Shown one piece after another: positions 17,963-27,473 of a stretch of 64,000 bases of DNA (position 1 is its first letter; each line of letters begins with the position of its first letter). The position numbers and the translations under genes are program-made. The stretch comes from Allofournierella sp. GTDB taxonomy: Bacteria > Bacillota > Clostridia > Oscillospirales > Ruminococcaceae. The notes beneath the pieces are model-generated. The model was not told the DNA's origin and did not search any database. It saw nothing but the letters and a program-made list of their open reading frames with translations. The stretch is from contig NZ_DBGCTQ010000092.1 in the NCBI RefSeq assembly GCF_048388525.1, positions 442 through 64,441 on the forward strand, in the 5' to 3' direction.

Positions 17963-17991
17963 GGAGGGCAGGCGGCGCCTGCCCTCCTTTT
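17963..17991 (+). terminator. intra-operon hairpin with a T-run after the binding-protein gene
   Basis: GGAGGGCAGG-CGGCG-CCTGCCCTCC followed by TTTT, immediately before the permease RBS. Confidence 0.5.
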
Positions 17992-18009
17992 AAGAAGGAG
18001 GAACCGCCG

Positions 18010-18930
18010 GTGAAACATTCCCGCCAGGCAGGCTGGAAAATCGCCCTGCCCTTTTTGGCTCCCAGCCTTGTCGGCTTTGCGGTGTTCAGCATTCTGCCCA
18101 TGATCACCCTGTTGGGCATCAGCGTTACCGATTGGGACGGCCTCAGTGAGCTTACCCTGTTTTCGGATTTTTCCGGTTTTATGGGGCGGTTTTTCGTGGG
18201 GCTGAAAAACTATATGGAAATATTTACCACAAAAGAATTGTATCAGGTGCTGGGAAACACCCTGGGCTTTGTGGCGCTTTACATACCCCTTATGCTTTTG
18301 GCCGCCCTGGCAGTGGCCCTGGTGCTGAGCAGCAAGGTGCGGGGCGTGGGCTTTTTCCGGGTGGTGTATTACATCCCGGTGATCACCTCCTGGGTGGCGG
18401 GTTCGCTGATCTGGAAATGGGTCCTCAGCCCGGAATACGGCATCATCAACGAAATTTTGCGGGTCTTTGGCATCCAGGGGCCCAGCTGGCTGCAAAGCCC
18501 GGTGTGGGCCATGCCGGCCATCGTGCTGGCCTCGGTGTGGAAGGACATGGGCTATTTTGGCCTGATGCTGATGGCCGGCCTGCAAAGCATCGACCAGGGG
18601 TACTACGAGGCCGCCCAGATCGACGGGGCGGGCAAGCTGAAGCAGTTTTTCCGCATCACCCTGCCGCTGCTCACCCCCACCCTGTTCTTTGTAATGATTA
18701 TCAGCCTGATCTCCTCGTTCCAGCTGTTTCCCCAGGTGATGATCATGACGCCGGACGGCGGCCCCTCCGGGGCCACCATGGTGATGGTGGAGCGCATTTA
18801 CAAATACGGCTTCAAATATTACGAGATGGGCTACGCCTCGGCCTACAGCTGGGTGCTGTTCGTGATCCTGCTGGCGCTTACCGGCGTGCAGATGAAGCTT
18901 CAAAACAAGTGGGTGAACTATGATGAATGA
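18010..18930 (+). CDS. ABC sugar transporter permease (MalF/UgpA-like)
   Basis: GTG at 18010 follows AAGGAGG. Six predicted helices and the EAA loop EAAQIDGAGKLKQFFRITLP. The track ORF start at 17920 overlaps the upstream gene and is less likely. Confidence 0.85.
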   Translation: MKHSRQAGWKIALPFLAPSLVGFAVFSILPMITLLGISVTDWDGLSELTLFSDFSGFMGRFFVGLKNYMEIFTTKELYQVLGNTLGFVALYIPLMLLAALAVALVLSSKVRGVGFFRVVYYIPVITSWVAGSLIWKWVLSPEYGIINEILRVFGIQGPSWLQSPVWAMPAIVLASVWKDMGYFGLMLMAGLQSIDQGYYEAAQIDGAGKLKQFFRITLPLLTPTLFFVMIISLISSFQLFPQVMIMTPDGGPSGATMVMVERIYKYGFKYYEMGYASAYSWVLFVILLALTGVQMKLQNKWVNYDE

Positions 18931-19762
18931 AAGCTTGAAGGCCCGCAGGATCGCGGGAAAGGCGTGCTTTTACCTGTTTGCGCTGCTGATCGCCTTTGTT
19001 GTGTGCGTGCCGTTTTTCTGGATGCTGGTGACCAGCCTCAAGAGCCGGGGCGCGATCATGAGCGTCCCGGTGGAGTGGCTGCCCAAAGAGCCCACGCTGG
19101 AAGCTTACAGAAAGCTTTTTTCGCTGCCGGGGTTTGCCGGCTCGGTGTTCAACAGCTTTTATCTTTCGGTAGTGTGCACTGTGGTGCGGCTGGTCTGCGC
19201 CGCCATGGCCGCCTTTGCACTGACCAAGATCAGCTTTAAGGGGCGGGAGCTCACCTTCAAAATCTATGTGACGGCCCTGATGATCCCGGTGCAGATCACC
19301 TTTATCCCCCTGTTCATCGTGATGACCAAGCTGCACCTGACCAACAGCCTCAACGCTTTTTTGATGCTGCAGCTGTTCAACGCCTTTGCCATTTTTATGC
19401 TGCGCCAGCGCATGATGACCATCAACAATGCCTACATTGAGGCGGCGGTGATCGACGGGGCCAGCATGTGGAAGATCTTTTACAGGATCATGATGCCCCT
19501 GTGCTCGGGCACCCTGGCCACCCTGGCCATTCTGGCCTTTATGGACCTGTGGAACGACTACCTGCTGCCGCTGGTGCTGCTGACCGACCGGGCCAAATAC
19601 ACCCTGCCACTGCTGTTGAGCACCCTTTCCGGCCAATACAAAAACCAGTACAACCTGATGATGGCCGGATCGCTGGTGTCGATCCTGCCCATCCTGGCGG
19701 TGTATATCTGCGCGCAGAAATATTTTAAGGAGGGCCTCACCGTGGGCGGTGTAAAGGGCTGA
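18920..19762 (+). CDS. ABC sugar transporter permease (MalG/UgpE-like)
   Basis: 280 aa with EAA loop EAAVIDGASMWKIFYRIMMP. The start overlaps the upstream stop. Confidence 0.9.
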   Translation: MMNESLKARRIAGKACFYLFALLIAFVVCVPFFWMLVTSLKSRGAIMSVPVEWLPKEPTLEAYRKLFSLPGFAGSVFNSFYLSVVCTVVRLVCAAMAAFALTKISFKGRELTFKIYVTALMIPVQITFIPLFIVMTKLHLTNSLNAFLMLQLFNAFAIFMLRQRMMTINNAYIEAAVIDGASMWKIFYRIMMPLCSGTLATLAILAFMDLWNDYLLPLVLLTDRAKYTLPLLLSTLSGQYKNQYNLMMAGSLVSILPILAVYICAQKYFKEGLTVGGVKG

Positions 19763-19767
19763 GGAGT

Positions 19768-21762
19768 ATGATGCAAGTGATCGATTTCAGCAGCACAAAC
19801 GACCGGTTTGAACTGCCGCTGGCCGGGCAGACCGCCCGGTTTTTGTGGCGGCGGAACGGGGAAGAGGCGCAGCTTACGGTGCGGCTTGCCTACGCCGCAG
19901 CCTACGGCATGGGCGAAAAATTCAACGCCCTGAACCAGAAGGGCCGGGTGGCGGTGAACCAGGTGGAGGAAAAATTCTGCTGCCAGGGCGGGAAAACCTA
20001 TTGCCCCGCGCCCTTTTTCTTTACCGACAGCGGCCTTGGCCTGTACGTGGCCACCGACCGGCGCACCGTGTTCGACTTCAGCGGCGGGGAGATCGTGATC
20101 ACCCTGCCCGCCGGCGCGCCGGTGTATGTGGGGGCGGGCAGCCCCCGGCAGCTGGTGGGCGAGTACATGCGCCTGTTCGGGCCGGCAAAGCTGCCCCCGA
20201 AGTGGGCCTTTGGCCCCTGGATCTCGGCCAACCACTGGAGCACCCAGAGCCAGGTGGAGGAGCAGATCGGCAGGCTGGCAGAGCACGGTTACCCCGCCAC
20301 CGTTCTGGTGGTGGAGGCATGGAGCGACGAGGCGACCTTTTATGCGTGGAACGGGGCGCGGTACGCCGCCGTGCCGGGCGGCGGGGCTCTGCGCTGTGAG
20401 GATATGGACTTCAGCCAGAGCCGCCAGTGGCCGGACCCCAAAGCCATGATCCGGCGGCTGCACGGCGCGGGGCTGCACCTGGTGCTGTGGCAGATCCCGG
20501 TGTACAAAAAGCAGGGGCCGGACCAGGCGCCCTGCCCCCAGAACGAGCTGGACCGGGCCGACGCGGCCGCCCGGGGCCTGTGTGTGAAAAATGCCGACGG
20601 CACGCCCTACACCATCCCCGAGGGCAACTGGTTTGCCGGCTCGATGATCCCGGACTTCACAAACCCCGACACCGTGAAAAGCTGGTTTGGCAAGCGGCAG
20701 TATCTCTTGGACATGGGCGTGGACGGCTTTAAGACCGACGGGGGCGAGTTTATCTACCGGCCGGACCTGACCTTTGCCGACGGCGCCACCGGCCGGGAGG
20801 GCAAAAACCGCTACGCCCGCGACTACACCGCGGCCTACAGCCGCTTTTTGGGCGGGCAGCGGGTGCTGTTCAGCCGGGCGGGCTGGGCGGGCCAGCACAC
20901 CGTGCCCTGCCACTGGGGCGGCGACCAGCAATCCACAAACGAGGAGCTGGCGCACGCCCTGACCGCCGGGCTTTCGGCGGCCATGAGCGGCATCCCCTTT
21001 TGGGGCTTTGACATCGCGGGGTTTGCCGGGCCGCTGCCCACCCCCGACCTTTACCGCCGGGCCACCCAGCTGGCCTGCTTTTGCCCCATCATGCAGTGGC
21101 ACTCGGAGCCGGACGGGGGGCAGTTCAAGGAGCTGATGCCCGGCGCCGAGGGCAACAACGAGCGCAGCCCCTGGAACCTGGCCGCCGCCTGGGGCGAGCC
21201 GGATTTGGTGGACGAGCTGCGCTTTTGGCACCGCCTGCGCATGAACCTGATCCCCTATTTATACAGTACGGCCTTGGACTGCGCAGTGCAAAACCAGCCC
21301 ATGCTGCGGCCGCTGGCCTACCTGTGGCCCCAAAGGCCCGAGGCGGTGGCCCACTGGGACGAGTTCATGCTGGGGGAGAGCCTGCTGGTGGCGCCGCTGC
21401 TGGGGGAAAACCAGACCCGGCGCCCCGTGTGGCTGCCGGAGGGGGACTGGTACGAGCTGTTTAGCGGCGGGCGCTTTGCGGGGCTGCAAACCATCCTGGC
21501 GGGCAGCGCCGAGCGGCTGCCGGTGTTTGTAAAAGGCGGGCAGGGCGTGGCGTTAAACCTGGATGAGAGCCTTTCGCTGGGAAGCCCGGTGGGCAACCGG
21601 GTGGAGGGGTATGATCACCTGTGCTTTTTGCTGGCGGGCCCCGAGGGCAGTTGCCATTTTGCCGACGAGACGGGCGGTGCGCTCACCCTGCGCTGGCAGG
21701 ACGGCCGGGTGACCGCCGAGGGGAGCGCAGGCACCCCTTACACCTTTAAAATACTTGGGTAA
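19768..21762 (+). CDS. glycoside hydrolase family 31 (YicI-like alpha-glucosidase/alpha-xylosidase type)
   Basis: 664 aa. GVDGFKTDGGEF (nucleophile region) and HWGGDQQST are GH31 signatures. Confidence 0.85.
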   Translation: MMQVIDFSSTNDRFELPLAGQTARFLWRRNGEEAQLTVRLAYAAAYGMGEKFNALNQKGRVAVNQVEEKFCCQGGKTYCPAPFFFTDSGLGLYVATDRRTVFDFSGGEIVITLPAGAPVYVGAGSPRQLVGEYMRLFGPAKLPPKWAFGPWISANHWSTQSQVEEQIGRLAEHGYPATVLVVEAWSDEATFYAWNGARYAAVPGGGALRCEDMDFSQSRQWPDPKAMIRRLHGAGLHLVLWQIPVYKKQGPDQAPCPQNELDRADAAARGLCVKNADGTPYTIPEGNWFAGSMIPDFTNPDTVKSWFGKRQYLLDMGVDGFKTDGGEFIYRPDLTFADGATGREGKNRYARDYTAAYSRFLGGQRVLFSRAGWAGQHTVPCHWGGDQQSTNEELAHALTAGLSAAMSGIPFWGFDIAGFAGPLPTPDLYRRATQLACFCPIMQWHSEPDGGQFKELMPGAEGNNERSPWNLAAAWGEPDLVDELRFWHRLRMNLIPYLYSTALDCAVQNQPMLRPLAYLWPQRPEAVAHWDEFMLGESLLVAPLLGENQTRRPVWLPEGDWYELFSGGRFAGLQTILAGSAERLPVFVKGGQGVALNLDESLSLGSPVGNRVEGYDHLCFLLAGPEGSCHFADETGGALTLRWQDGRVTAEGSAGTPYTFKILG

Positions 21763-21770
21763 CACAAAAA

Positions 21771-21796
21771 AAGGCCGCCCGCAGGCGGCCTTTTTT
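21771..21796 (+). terminator. Rho-independent terminator after the GH31 gene
   Basis: AAGGCCGCC-CGCA-GGCGGCCTT followed by TTTT. Confidence 0.65.
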
Positions 21797-21812
21797 ACGG
21801 GAGGGAGTTTTT

Positions 21813-22478
21813 ATGAAAGGGATCATTTTTGATCTGGACGGTGTGATCTGCCGCACCGACGAATATCACTACCAGGCCTGGAAACAGCTGGCCGACCGAC
21901 TGGGCATCCCCTTTGACGCGGCGGTGAACCACCGGCTGCGGGGGGTGAGCCGGGCCGAGAGCCTGAACATCCTGCTGGAAAGGAGTAGCGCGGCCTACAG
22001 CGAGCCGGAAAAACAGGCCCTGGCCGACCAAAAAAACCGGGCTTACTGCAAGCTGCTGCAAGCGATGAGCCCGGCCGATCTGCCCCAAGAGGTAAAACAA
22101 ACGCTGCAGGCCCTGCGGGCCCGGGGCCTGCGGCTGGCGATCGGTTCCTCCAGCAAAAACGCGCCGCTTATTTTACAGCGGCTGGGGCTGGAGCGCTTTT
22201 TTGACGCGGTGGCGGACGGCGCCCAGATCGCCCGCTCGAAGCCCGACCCGGAGGTGTTTTTGCTGGCGGCCCGAAAGCTTGGGCTCGCCCCCGCCGACTG
22301 CCTGGTGGTGGAGGACGCCCAGACCGGCATCCGGGCCGCAAAGGCCGGGGGATTTGCTGCCGCGGCCCTGGGCGACGCCTGCAAAAGCCCGGAGGCCGAT
22401 TTTGCGCTGACGGATTTCCGGGAGCTGCTGGCGCTGGTGGGGGAGGCGCAGGGGCCGGCGACGGCGCACTTGAATTGA
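21813..22478 (+). CDS. pgmB: beta-phosphoglucomutase (HAD family)
   Basis: MKGIIFDLDGVICRTDEYHYQAWKQLA, RGVSRAESL, GSSSKNA and VVEDAQTGIRAAKAGG are typical PgmB motifs. A GH65 phosphorylase gene lies in the same locus. Confidence 0.86.
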   Translation: MKGIIFDLDGVICRTDEYHYQAWKQLADRLGIPFDAAVNHRLRGVSRAESLNILLERSSAAYSEPEKQALADQKNRAYCKLLQAMSPADLPQEVKQTLQALRARGLRLAIGSSSKNAPLILQRLGLERFFDAVADGAQIARSKPDPEVFLLAARKLGLAPADCLVVEDAQTGIRAAKAGGFAAAALGDACKSPEADFALTDFRELLALVGEAQGPATAHLN

Positions 22479-22498
22479 AAGGCGGCGTGTGATATACT
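22470..22498 (+). promoter_or_regulatory. sigma70-type promoter upstream of ruvX
   Basis: TTGAAT, 17-nt spacer, TATACT, overlapping the pgmB stop codon. Confidence 0.35.
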
Positions 22499-22568
22499 CA
22501 ACCACACAGAGAAAGTGGGCCGCCGCGGCGCGCGGAGCCCGCTTGGCACAGGTGGAGGAGCAGGCGAT

Positions 22569-22997
22569 ATGAAGATCATGGCAGTGGATTACGGCGACGC
22601 GCGCACGGGCCTGGCGGTGTGTGACCGCACGGAATTTTTGGCCAGCCCGGTGGGCCAGATCGAGGAGAAAAGCATGGCCAAGGTGGCGGAAAAGATCATC
22701 TACGCCAGCCGGGAATTCGAGGTGGGGATGATCGTGATCGGGCTGCCCAGAAATATGGACGGCACCGAGGGCGCCCGCGCGGAAAAGACCCGCAAGCTGG
22801 GGAAGCTGGTGGAGCTGGGGGCCAGCGTGCCCATCCGCTTTTGGGACGAACGCCGCAGCACCGTTACGGCGGCGGCGCAGTTGACCGAGGCGGGCACCTT
22901 TGGCAAAAAGCGCAAACAAAAGCTGGACGCGGTGAGCGCGGCGGTGATTTTGGAAAGCTTTTTGGCCTGGCGCAAGAACCACCCGGAGGAAAACTAA
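22569..22997 (+). CDS. ruvX: Holliday-junction-resolvase-like nuclease YqgF/RuvX
   Basis: Internal ATG at 22569. MKIMAVDYGDARTGLAVCD...IVIGLPRNMDGTEG...DERRST... Confidence 0.85.
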   Translation: MKIMAVDYGDARTGLAVCDRTEFLASPVGQIEEKSMAKVAEKIIYASREFEVGMIVIGLPRNMDGTEGARAEKTRKLGKLVELGASVPIRFWDERRSTVTAAAQLTEAGTFGKKRKQKLDAVSAAVILESFLAWRKNHPEEN

Positions 22998-23001
22998 AAA
23001 A

Positions 23002-23045
23002 GCAGGGAGGGCCGCCCCATCCGGGGCGGCCCTCCCTGCTTTTTT
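23002..23045. terminator. bidirectional terminator between ruvX and the ClC gene
   Basis: GCAGGGAGGGCCGCCCC-ATCC-GGGGCGGCCCTCCCTGC, a 17-bp stem flanked by an A-run and a T-run. Confidence 0.7.
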
Positions 23046-23056
23046 GCCGCGAAAGC

Positions 23057-24337
23057 TCAGCTTTCCCGCGGCCGATGGTCCAGCTTGGAGAACATGATGG
23101 TCTGGCTGGAATAAAGGCTGGAATAGCCGCTGAGCAGGTAGCTCACCGCGCACACCAACAGGTAGAGCAGAAGAGGCTCTGCGCCGAACAGCTCGATGCC
23201 CAGGGCAATGCTGGCAAAGGGGCAGTTGGTGACCGCGCAGAAGGTGGCCACCAGAGCCAGGGCGGCGGCAAGGCCCGGGTCGAGGCCCAGCAGAGGGCCC
23301 ACCAGGCAGCCGAAGGTGGAGCCGATAAAGAAGGTGGGCACGATCTCGCCGCCGCGGAAGCCGCACCCCAGGGTCACGCCGGTGAGCAGCAGCTTGAACA
23401 CAAACGCCAGGGGGTGGGCCAGCACACCTTCGGTAATGGCGGCTTCGATCACGCTCATGCCCGCGCCGTTGTAATCCCGGGTGCCGAACACAAGGGTGAG
23501 CAGAATGATGAGCCCCGCGCCCACCAGAATGCGGGCGTACTGATTTTTCAGGTGGGTCTGGTACAGGTGGCTCGACAGGTGCATCACCGTGCAGAACAGG
23601 ATCCCCACCAGCGCGCAGCCCACGCCCAGCAGCATGGCCCGCCAGGAGTTGCCCCAGCTCAGGGCGGCCGGGGCATGGATCACAAAGCGCTCGGGCGTGG
23701 TGCCCAGCAAAAGGGCCGTGCCGTAGGCCACCAGGCTTGAAAGGGTGCAGGGCAGCAGGGCCGCGTGATAGATCACCCCCACGCAGATGACCTCGATGCT
23801 GAAGATGGAGGCGGTGAGGGGGGTGCCGAACAGCGCGCTGAACACGCCGCTCATGCCTGCCAGCACCATGAAATGCTGGCTCGCCTGGTTGAGACGCAGC
23901 TTTTCGCCCAGCCAGCCGCCCATGCTGCCGCCGATCTGCAGGGCCGCGCCCTCGCGGCCCGCGCTGCCGCCCAGCAGGTGTGTGATAAACGTGGCCATAA
24001 TGATCAGGGGGGTGAGGCGCAGCGGCGCGCGCTTGCCCTCGCGGGCGCTCTCGATCACCGCGTTGGTGCCGCGATCGGTGCTCATGCGGCAGATCTCGTA
24101 TACGAAAACGATCACTACGCCGCCCACCGGCAGCAGGTATAAAAGCCAGGGGTGGGCCAGGCGCGTGTCGGTGGCCCAGCGCACCATGTGGAAAAACACG
24201 GCCCCCACCAGGCCGCACAAAAAGCCCATCAGGCTGGAACAGACGACCCAGCGCAGGAACGTTTCGCTGTAGGGGAACAGCGCCTCGGCAAAATTCTGCC
24301 GTATCTTGTTGCGATACTCTGTCAAAACAGGTTGCAC
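23057..24337 (-). CDS. ClC-family voltage-gated chloride channel / H+-Cl- antiporter
   Basis: 426 aa, polytopic. GSAGREGAALQIGG and GFRGGEIVPTFFIG correspond to the ClC selectivity-filter motifs. Confidence 0.87.
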   Translation of the reverse strand: MQPVLTEYRNKIRQNFAEALFPYSETFLRWVVCSSLMGFLCGLVGAVFFHMVRWATDTRLAHPWLLYLLPVGGVVIVFVYEICRMSTDRGTNAVIESAREGKRAPLRLTPLIIMATFITHLLGGSAGREGAALQIGGSMGGWLGEKLRLNQASQHFMVLAGMSGVFSALFGTPLTASIFSIEVICVGVIYHAALLPCTLSSLVAYGTALLLGTTPERFVIHAPAALSWGNSWRAMLLGVGCALVGILFCTVMHLSSHLYQTHLKNQYARILVGAGLIILLTLVFGTRDYNGAGMSVIEAAITEGVLAHPLAFVFKLLLTGVTLGCGFRGGEIVPTFFIGSTFGCLVGPLLGLDPGLAAALALVATFCAVTNCPFASIALGIELFGAEPLLLYLLVCAVSYLLSGYSSLYSSQTIMFSKLDHRPRES

Positions 24338-24482
24338 TCCTTAGAATATGAAGTTTCCGTGAACACACGTATAGCATTATAGCACGCGGGGCGGGGCAGT
24401 CAAGGAATTTGAAATAAAAAGGAAAACGTGGTACAATTACGGCATCCAATGTGCAAAACGAACCATTGAGGTATGACACACG

Positions 24483-25040
24483 ATGAAACAAGGCTTTCAA
24501 AACAGCGAGCAGGCCCGGCAGGCGCGGGCGTTTCACTGCCCCCGCTGGGCGCAGCTGCCCGGCATCGAGCTGTATATGGATCAGGTGACGGGCTATATCA
24601 ACGAGATATTCGCCCCCCTGTGCCCCGACCCGCAGGAGAAGATGCTCACCAAGGCGATGGTGAACAACTATGTGAAGCAGCGGGTGATGGGGCCGCCGCA
24701 AAACAAAAAATACAGCAAGGCGCATGTGGCGTACCTGGTGGCGATCTGCGCGCTCAAGCAGGTGTTCAGCATCCCTGAGATCGCGCAGCTCATCCGCAGC
24801 CAGGTCGACCACTGCCCGGTGGAGCAGGCCTACGACTATTTTTGCGAGCAGCTGGAACGCGCGCTGCGCCTGGCCATTGAGGGCGCGCCCGCCCAGCAGG
24901 CCCCGCAGGACGACGGCGCGCTGCTGGTGATGCGGGTGGCCCAGGCCTACGCGGACAAGGTGTATATTCAAAAACGGCTGGCGTACGAGGCACAGCGGGA
25001 AGAAGCGGCCCGCCCGCAAAAAAGGGAGAGCGAGCCATGA
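24483..25040 (+). CDS. DUF1836 domain protein
   Basis: ...LYMDQVTGYINEIF...MLTKAMVNNYVKQRVMGPPQNKKYSKAHVAYLVAICALKQVFSI... is characteristic of DUF1836. Confidence 0.7.
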   Translation: MKQGFQNSEQARQARAFHCPRWAQLPGIELYMDQVTGYINEIFAPLCPDPQEKMLTKAMVNNYVKQRVMGPPQNKKYSKAHVAYLVAICALKQVFSIPEIAQLIRSQVDHCPVEQAYDYFCEQLERALRLAIEGAPAQQAPQDDGALLVMRVAQAYADKVYIQKRLAYEAQREEAARPQKRESEP

Positions 25041-25612
25041 GTGGTTTTGGGCAGCCCGCGCCCATTCTAAGCGCGGCGGCGGGGGGGACCTTTGGCATCG
25101 CGCTTGCCTTGCTTAATTGTTTTTTGGGCTATCAATTAAAAAAGGTGTGGATCGCCCTGGGGTGTTTTGCACTGGGCGGCGCGCTTGGGGCCGGTTTGGG
25201 GGCGCTGCTGTTCCAAGAAAATCCGCTGGCTTGGGCGGGTGTGGCCTTGCTGCTGGGTGTAGTGTTCGCCTGCCTTTCTTTTAAGTTGTATCTGGGCGGC
25301 ATTTTTGTGCTGTGCTTTATGCTGGGCTGGGTCATCACCCTGCCGTTTTTCAAATTGTACGGAGGGTGGGGCGCCCTGGTATGTGTGGCTGCCGGTCTGA
25401 CGCTGGGAATGCTGGGAATCAAATTTGCCAGGCCGGTGCTGATTCTGGCAACAGCCGTGGGCGGTGGCCTTTCGGCGGGGCGCGCGCTGGCAGAGATAGC
25501 GGCCGCGCTTTTGCCGGAAATCGCTTTGGGTGCGGCATGGCTGGCAGTGAGCCTTGTGCTGACAGCCCTTGGCGCGGCCTACCAGTTTAAGCACACAAAG
25601 CCTGGCGGCTGA
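25037..25612 (+). CDS. polytopic membrane protein, hypothetical
   Basis: 191 aa with about six Gly/Ala/Leu-rich helices. The ATGA start/stop overlap with the DUF1836 gene suggests translational coupling. Confidence 0.55.
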   Translation: MSGFGQPAPILSAAAGGTFGIALALLNCFLGYQLKKVWIALGCFALGGALGAGLGALLFQENPLAWAGVALLLGVVFACLSFKLYLGGIFVLCFMLGWVITLPFFKLYGGWGALVCVAAGLTLGMLGIKFARPVLILATAVGGGLSAGRALAEIAAALLPEIALGAAWLAVSLVLTALGAAYQFKHTKPGG

Positions 25613-25793
25613 GCCGGGAAGTATGCCTTACAGAGAAACCCCCGGGCCATGCGGCCCGGGGGTTTTGCCGTGGAAAGGGAATTGAAACGCAAAAAGAGGC
25701 CGCCAGCGGCAAAAAGCTCCTTATGGACAGCGGAATAGACAGAGGCCTGGGCCTGTGCTAAGATAGAGGCATATAAAGCGAAGGGGGCGCAGC

Positions 25794-26459
25794 ATGCAAA
25801 AGATCATGATCATTGAGGACGACCCCGCCATCCGCGACGAGCTGGCCCTGCTGCTGGGCAACGAGGGCTACCAGACCATGCCGGTCACTGAGTTTGCCGG
25901 GGTCCCGGATCAGGTGCGGCGCGCCGGGCCGGACCTGATCCTGCTGGATCTGGGGCTGCCCGGGCGTGACGGCTTTTCGCTGTGCGCCGAGATCCGCCGG
26001 GCCTGCGGCGCGCCGATCATTTTTGTGACCAGCCGGGACGGCGCGATGGACGAGCTGAGGGCGCTGAGCCTGGGCGGCGACGACTATATCACCAAGCCCT
26101 ATAACATCCCCGTGCTGCTGGCCCGGGTGAAGGCGGTGCTGCGGCGGGCCGGCAGCGCCCCGGAGCCGGACACGCTGCAGGTGGGCGGCCTTTCGCTGCA
26201 CCTGGCCGAGGGGACCGTTTCCTGCGGCGGGGGCACGGCCGAGCTGAGCCGCAACGAGATCAGGATCCTGGCGTACCTGATGAACCACGCGGGCAGGATC
26301 GTGCCGCGGGAGGATCTGATCGAGGCTTTGTGGAACAGCCGCATTTACATCGACGACAACACCCTGAGCGTCAACATGACCCGACTGCGGGCAAAGCTCG
26401 GGGGGCTGGGGCTGCCCGACTACATCAAGACCCGACGCGGAATGGGGTATCAGATATGA
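25794..26459 (+). CDS. OmpR-family response regulator (BceR-like)
   Basis: The receiver is MQKIMIIEDDP...DLILLDLGLPGRDG. The winged helix ends ...YIKTRRGMGYQI. Confidence 0.9.
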   Translation: MQKIMIIEDDPAIRDELALLLGNEGYQTMPVTEFAGVPDQVRRAGPDLILLDLGLPGRDGFSLCAEIRRACGAPIIFVTSRDGAMDELRALSLGGDDYITKPYNIPVLLARVKAVLRRAGSAPEPDTLQVGGLSLHLAEGTVSCGGGTAELSRNEIRILAYLMNHAGRIVPREDLIEALWNSRIYIDDNTLSVNMTRLRAKLGGLGLPDYIKTRRGMGYQI

Positions 26460-27466
26460 CGTTTGGCGAATTTTTGGCCGACCGGCTGGGGAGCATGGTC
26501 GCCGGGGCGGCGGCGCTGGCGGTCACCGTGGCCTTTCTGTTTGCGACCGGCACGGCGCCGGGCGTGCTGGCGATCCTGGCGATCGCCTGGTGCGCGGGCT
26601 TGGGGGGCGTGCAGGTGCTTATTTATCACCGCCGCCGCGCCCACCTGGAGGAGCTGGAGGCCATTATGGAGGGCCTGGATCAAAAACACCTGTTTTTCGA
26701 GTGCGTGCCAAAGCCCCAGGGGCTGTATGAGCGCAGGCTCCTTGCGCTGATGCGCCGCTCCGGCCGGGCCATGGTCGAACAGGTGTCGGACGCGCGGGCC
26801 GCCCAGCAGGAATACCGGGAATACATTGAGAGCTGGGTGCACGAGATCAAGACCCCCATCACCGCGGCCCAGCTGGTCTGCCGCAGCGCCGACGGGAAGA
26901 CCCGGCGCAAGCTGGCCCAGGAGCTGGCCCAGATCGAAAACCAGGTGGAGCGGGCCCTGTTTTACGCCCGGGCCGGTAGCCCGGAAAAGGATTTTATCAT
27001 CCGGCAGACCGACCTGGCGGAGCTTGCGGCCGGGGTGATCGCGCGCCACCAGACGCTGCTGATCCAGAGCGGCGTGCGCATCCGCACACAGGATCTCGAT
27101 CACACCGTTTATACCGACGAAAAATGGGTGTGCTTTATGCTGGGGCAGCTTTTGCAGAACGCGGTGCGCTACCGGGGCGAGGCGCCGGAGCTTGTTTTAA
27201 GCGGCCGGCAGCTGGGCCGCCGGGTGCAGCTGACCGTGCAGGACAATGGCATCGGCATCCCCGCGCAGGAGCTGCCGCGCATTTTTGAACGGGGCTTCAC
27301 CGGAAGCAACGGCCGCCGGCGCGGCGGCTCAACGGGCATGGGGCTGTATCTCTGCCGCCGGCTGGCCGGCTTTTTGCAGATCGAGGTACAGGTGAAGTCC
27401 GAGGTGGAGCGGGGCACGGCCGTGACCCTGACCTTCCCCGCGAAGGAAAACCTTACAAAACTGTAA
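26456..27466 (+). CDS. intramembrane-sensing histidine kinase (BceS-like)
   Basis: ATG at 26456 overlaps the regulator stop (ATGA). Two N-terminal helices with almost no external loop. H-box WVHEIKTPITA and ATP lid GGSTGMGLYLCRRL. Confidence 0.87.
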   Translation: MTFGEFLADRLGSMVAGAAALAVTVAFLFATGTAPGVLAILAIAWCAGLGGVQVLIYHRRRAHLEELEAIMEGLDQKHLFFECVPKPQGLYERRLLALMRRSGRAMVEQVSDARAAQQEYREYIESWVHEIKTPITAAQLVCRSADGKTRRKLAQELAQIENQVERALFYARAGSPEKDFIIRQTDLAELAAGVIARHQTLLIQSGVRIRTQDLDHTVYTDEKWVCFMLGQLLQNAVRYRGEAPELVLSGRQLGRRVQLTVQDNGIGIPAQELPRIFERGFTGSNGRRRGGSTGMGLYLCRRLAGFLQIEVQVKSEVERGTAVTLTFPAKENLTKL

Positions 27467-27468
27467 GG
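27451..27468. promoter_or_regulatory. inverted repeat CCTTACA-AAAC-TGTAAGG, a candidate BceR-type binding site
   Basis: Perfect 7-4-7 palindrome spanning the kinase stop codon, centred about 50 bp upstream of the putative -10 of the ABC genes. Confidence 0.4.
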
Positions 27469-27473
27469 CAGAC

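Noticed and set aside
22173-25019. 948-aa minus-strand ORF.
   Set aside because: It spans four real genes on both strands (pgmB end, ruvX, ClC, DUF1836). Its sequence is Arg/Pro/Gly/Ala-dominated and it has no RBS, so it is an artefact of GC content.
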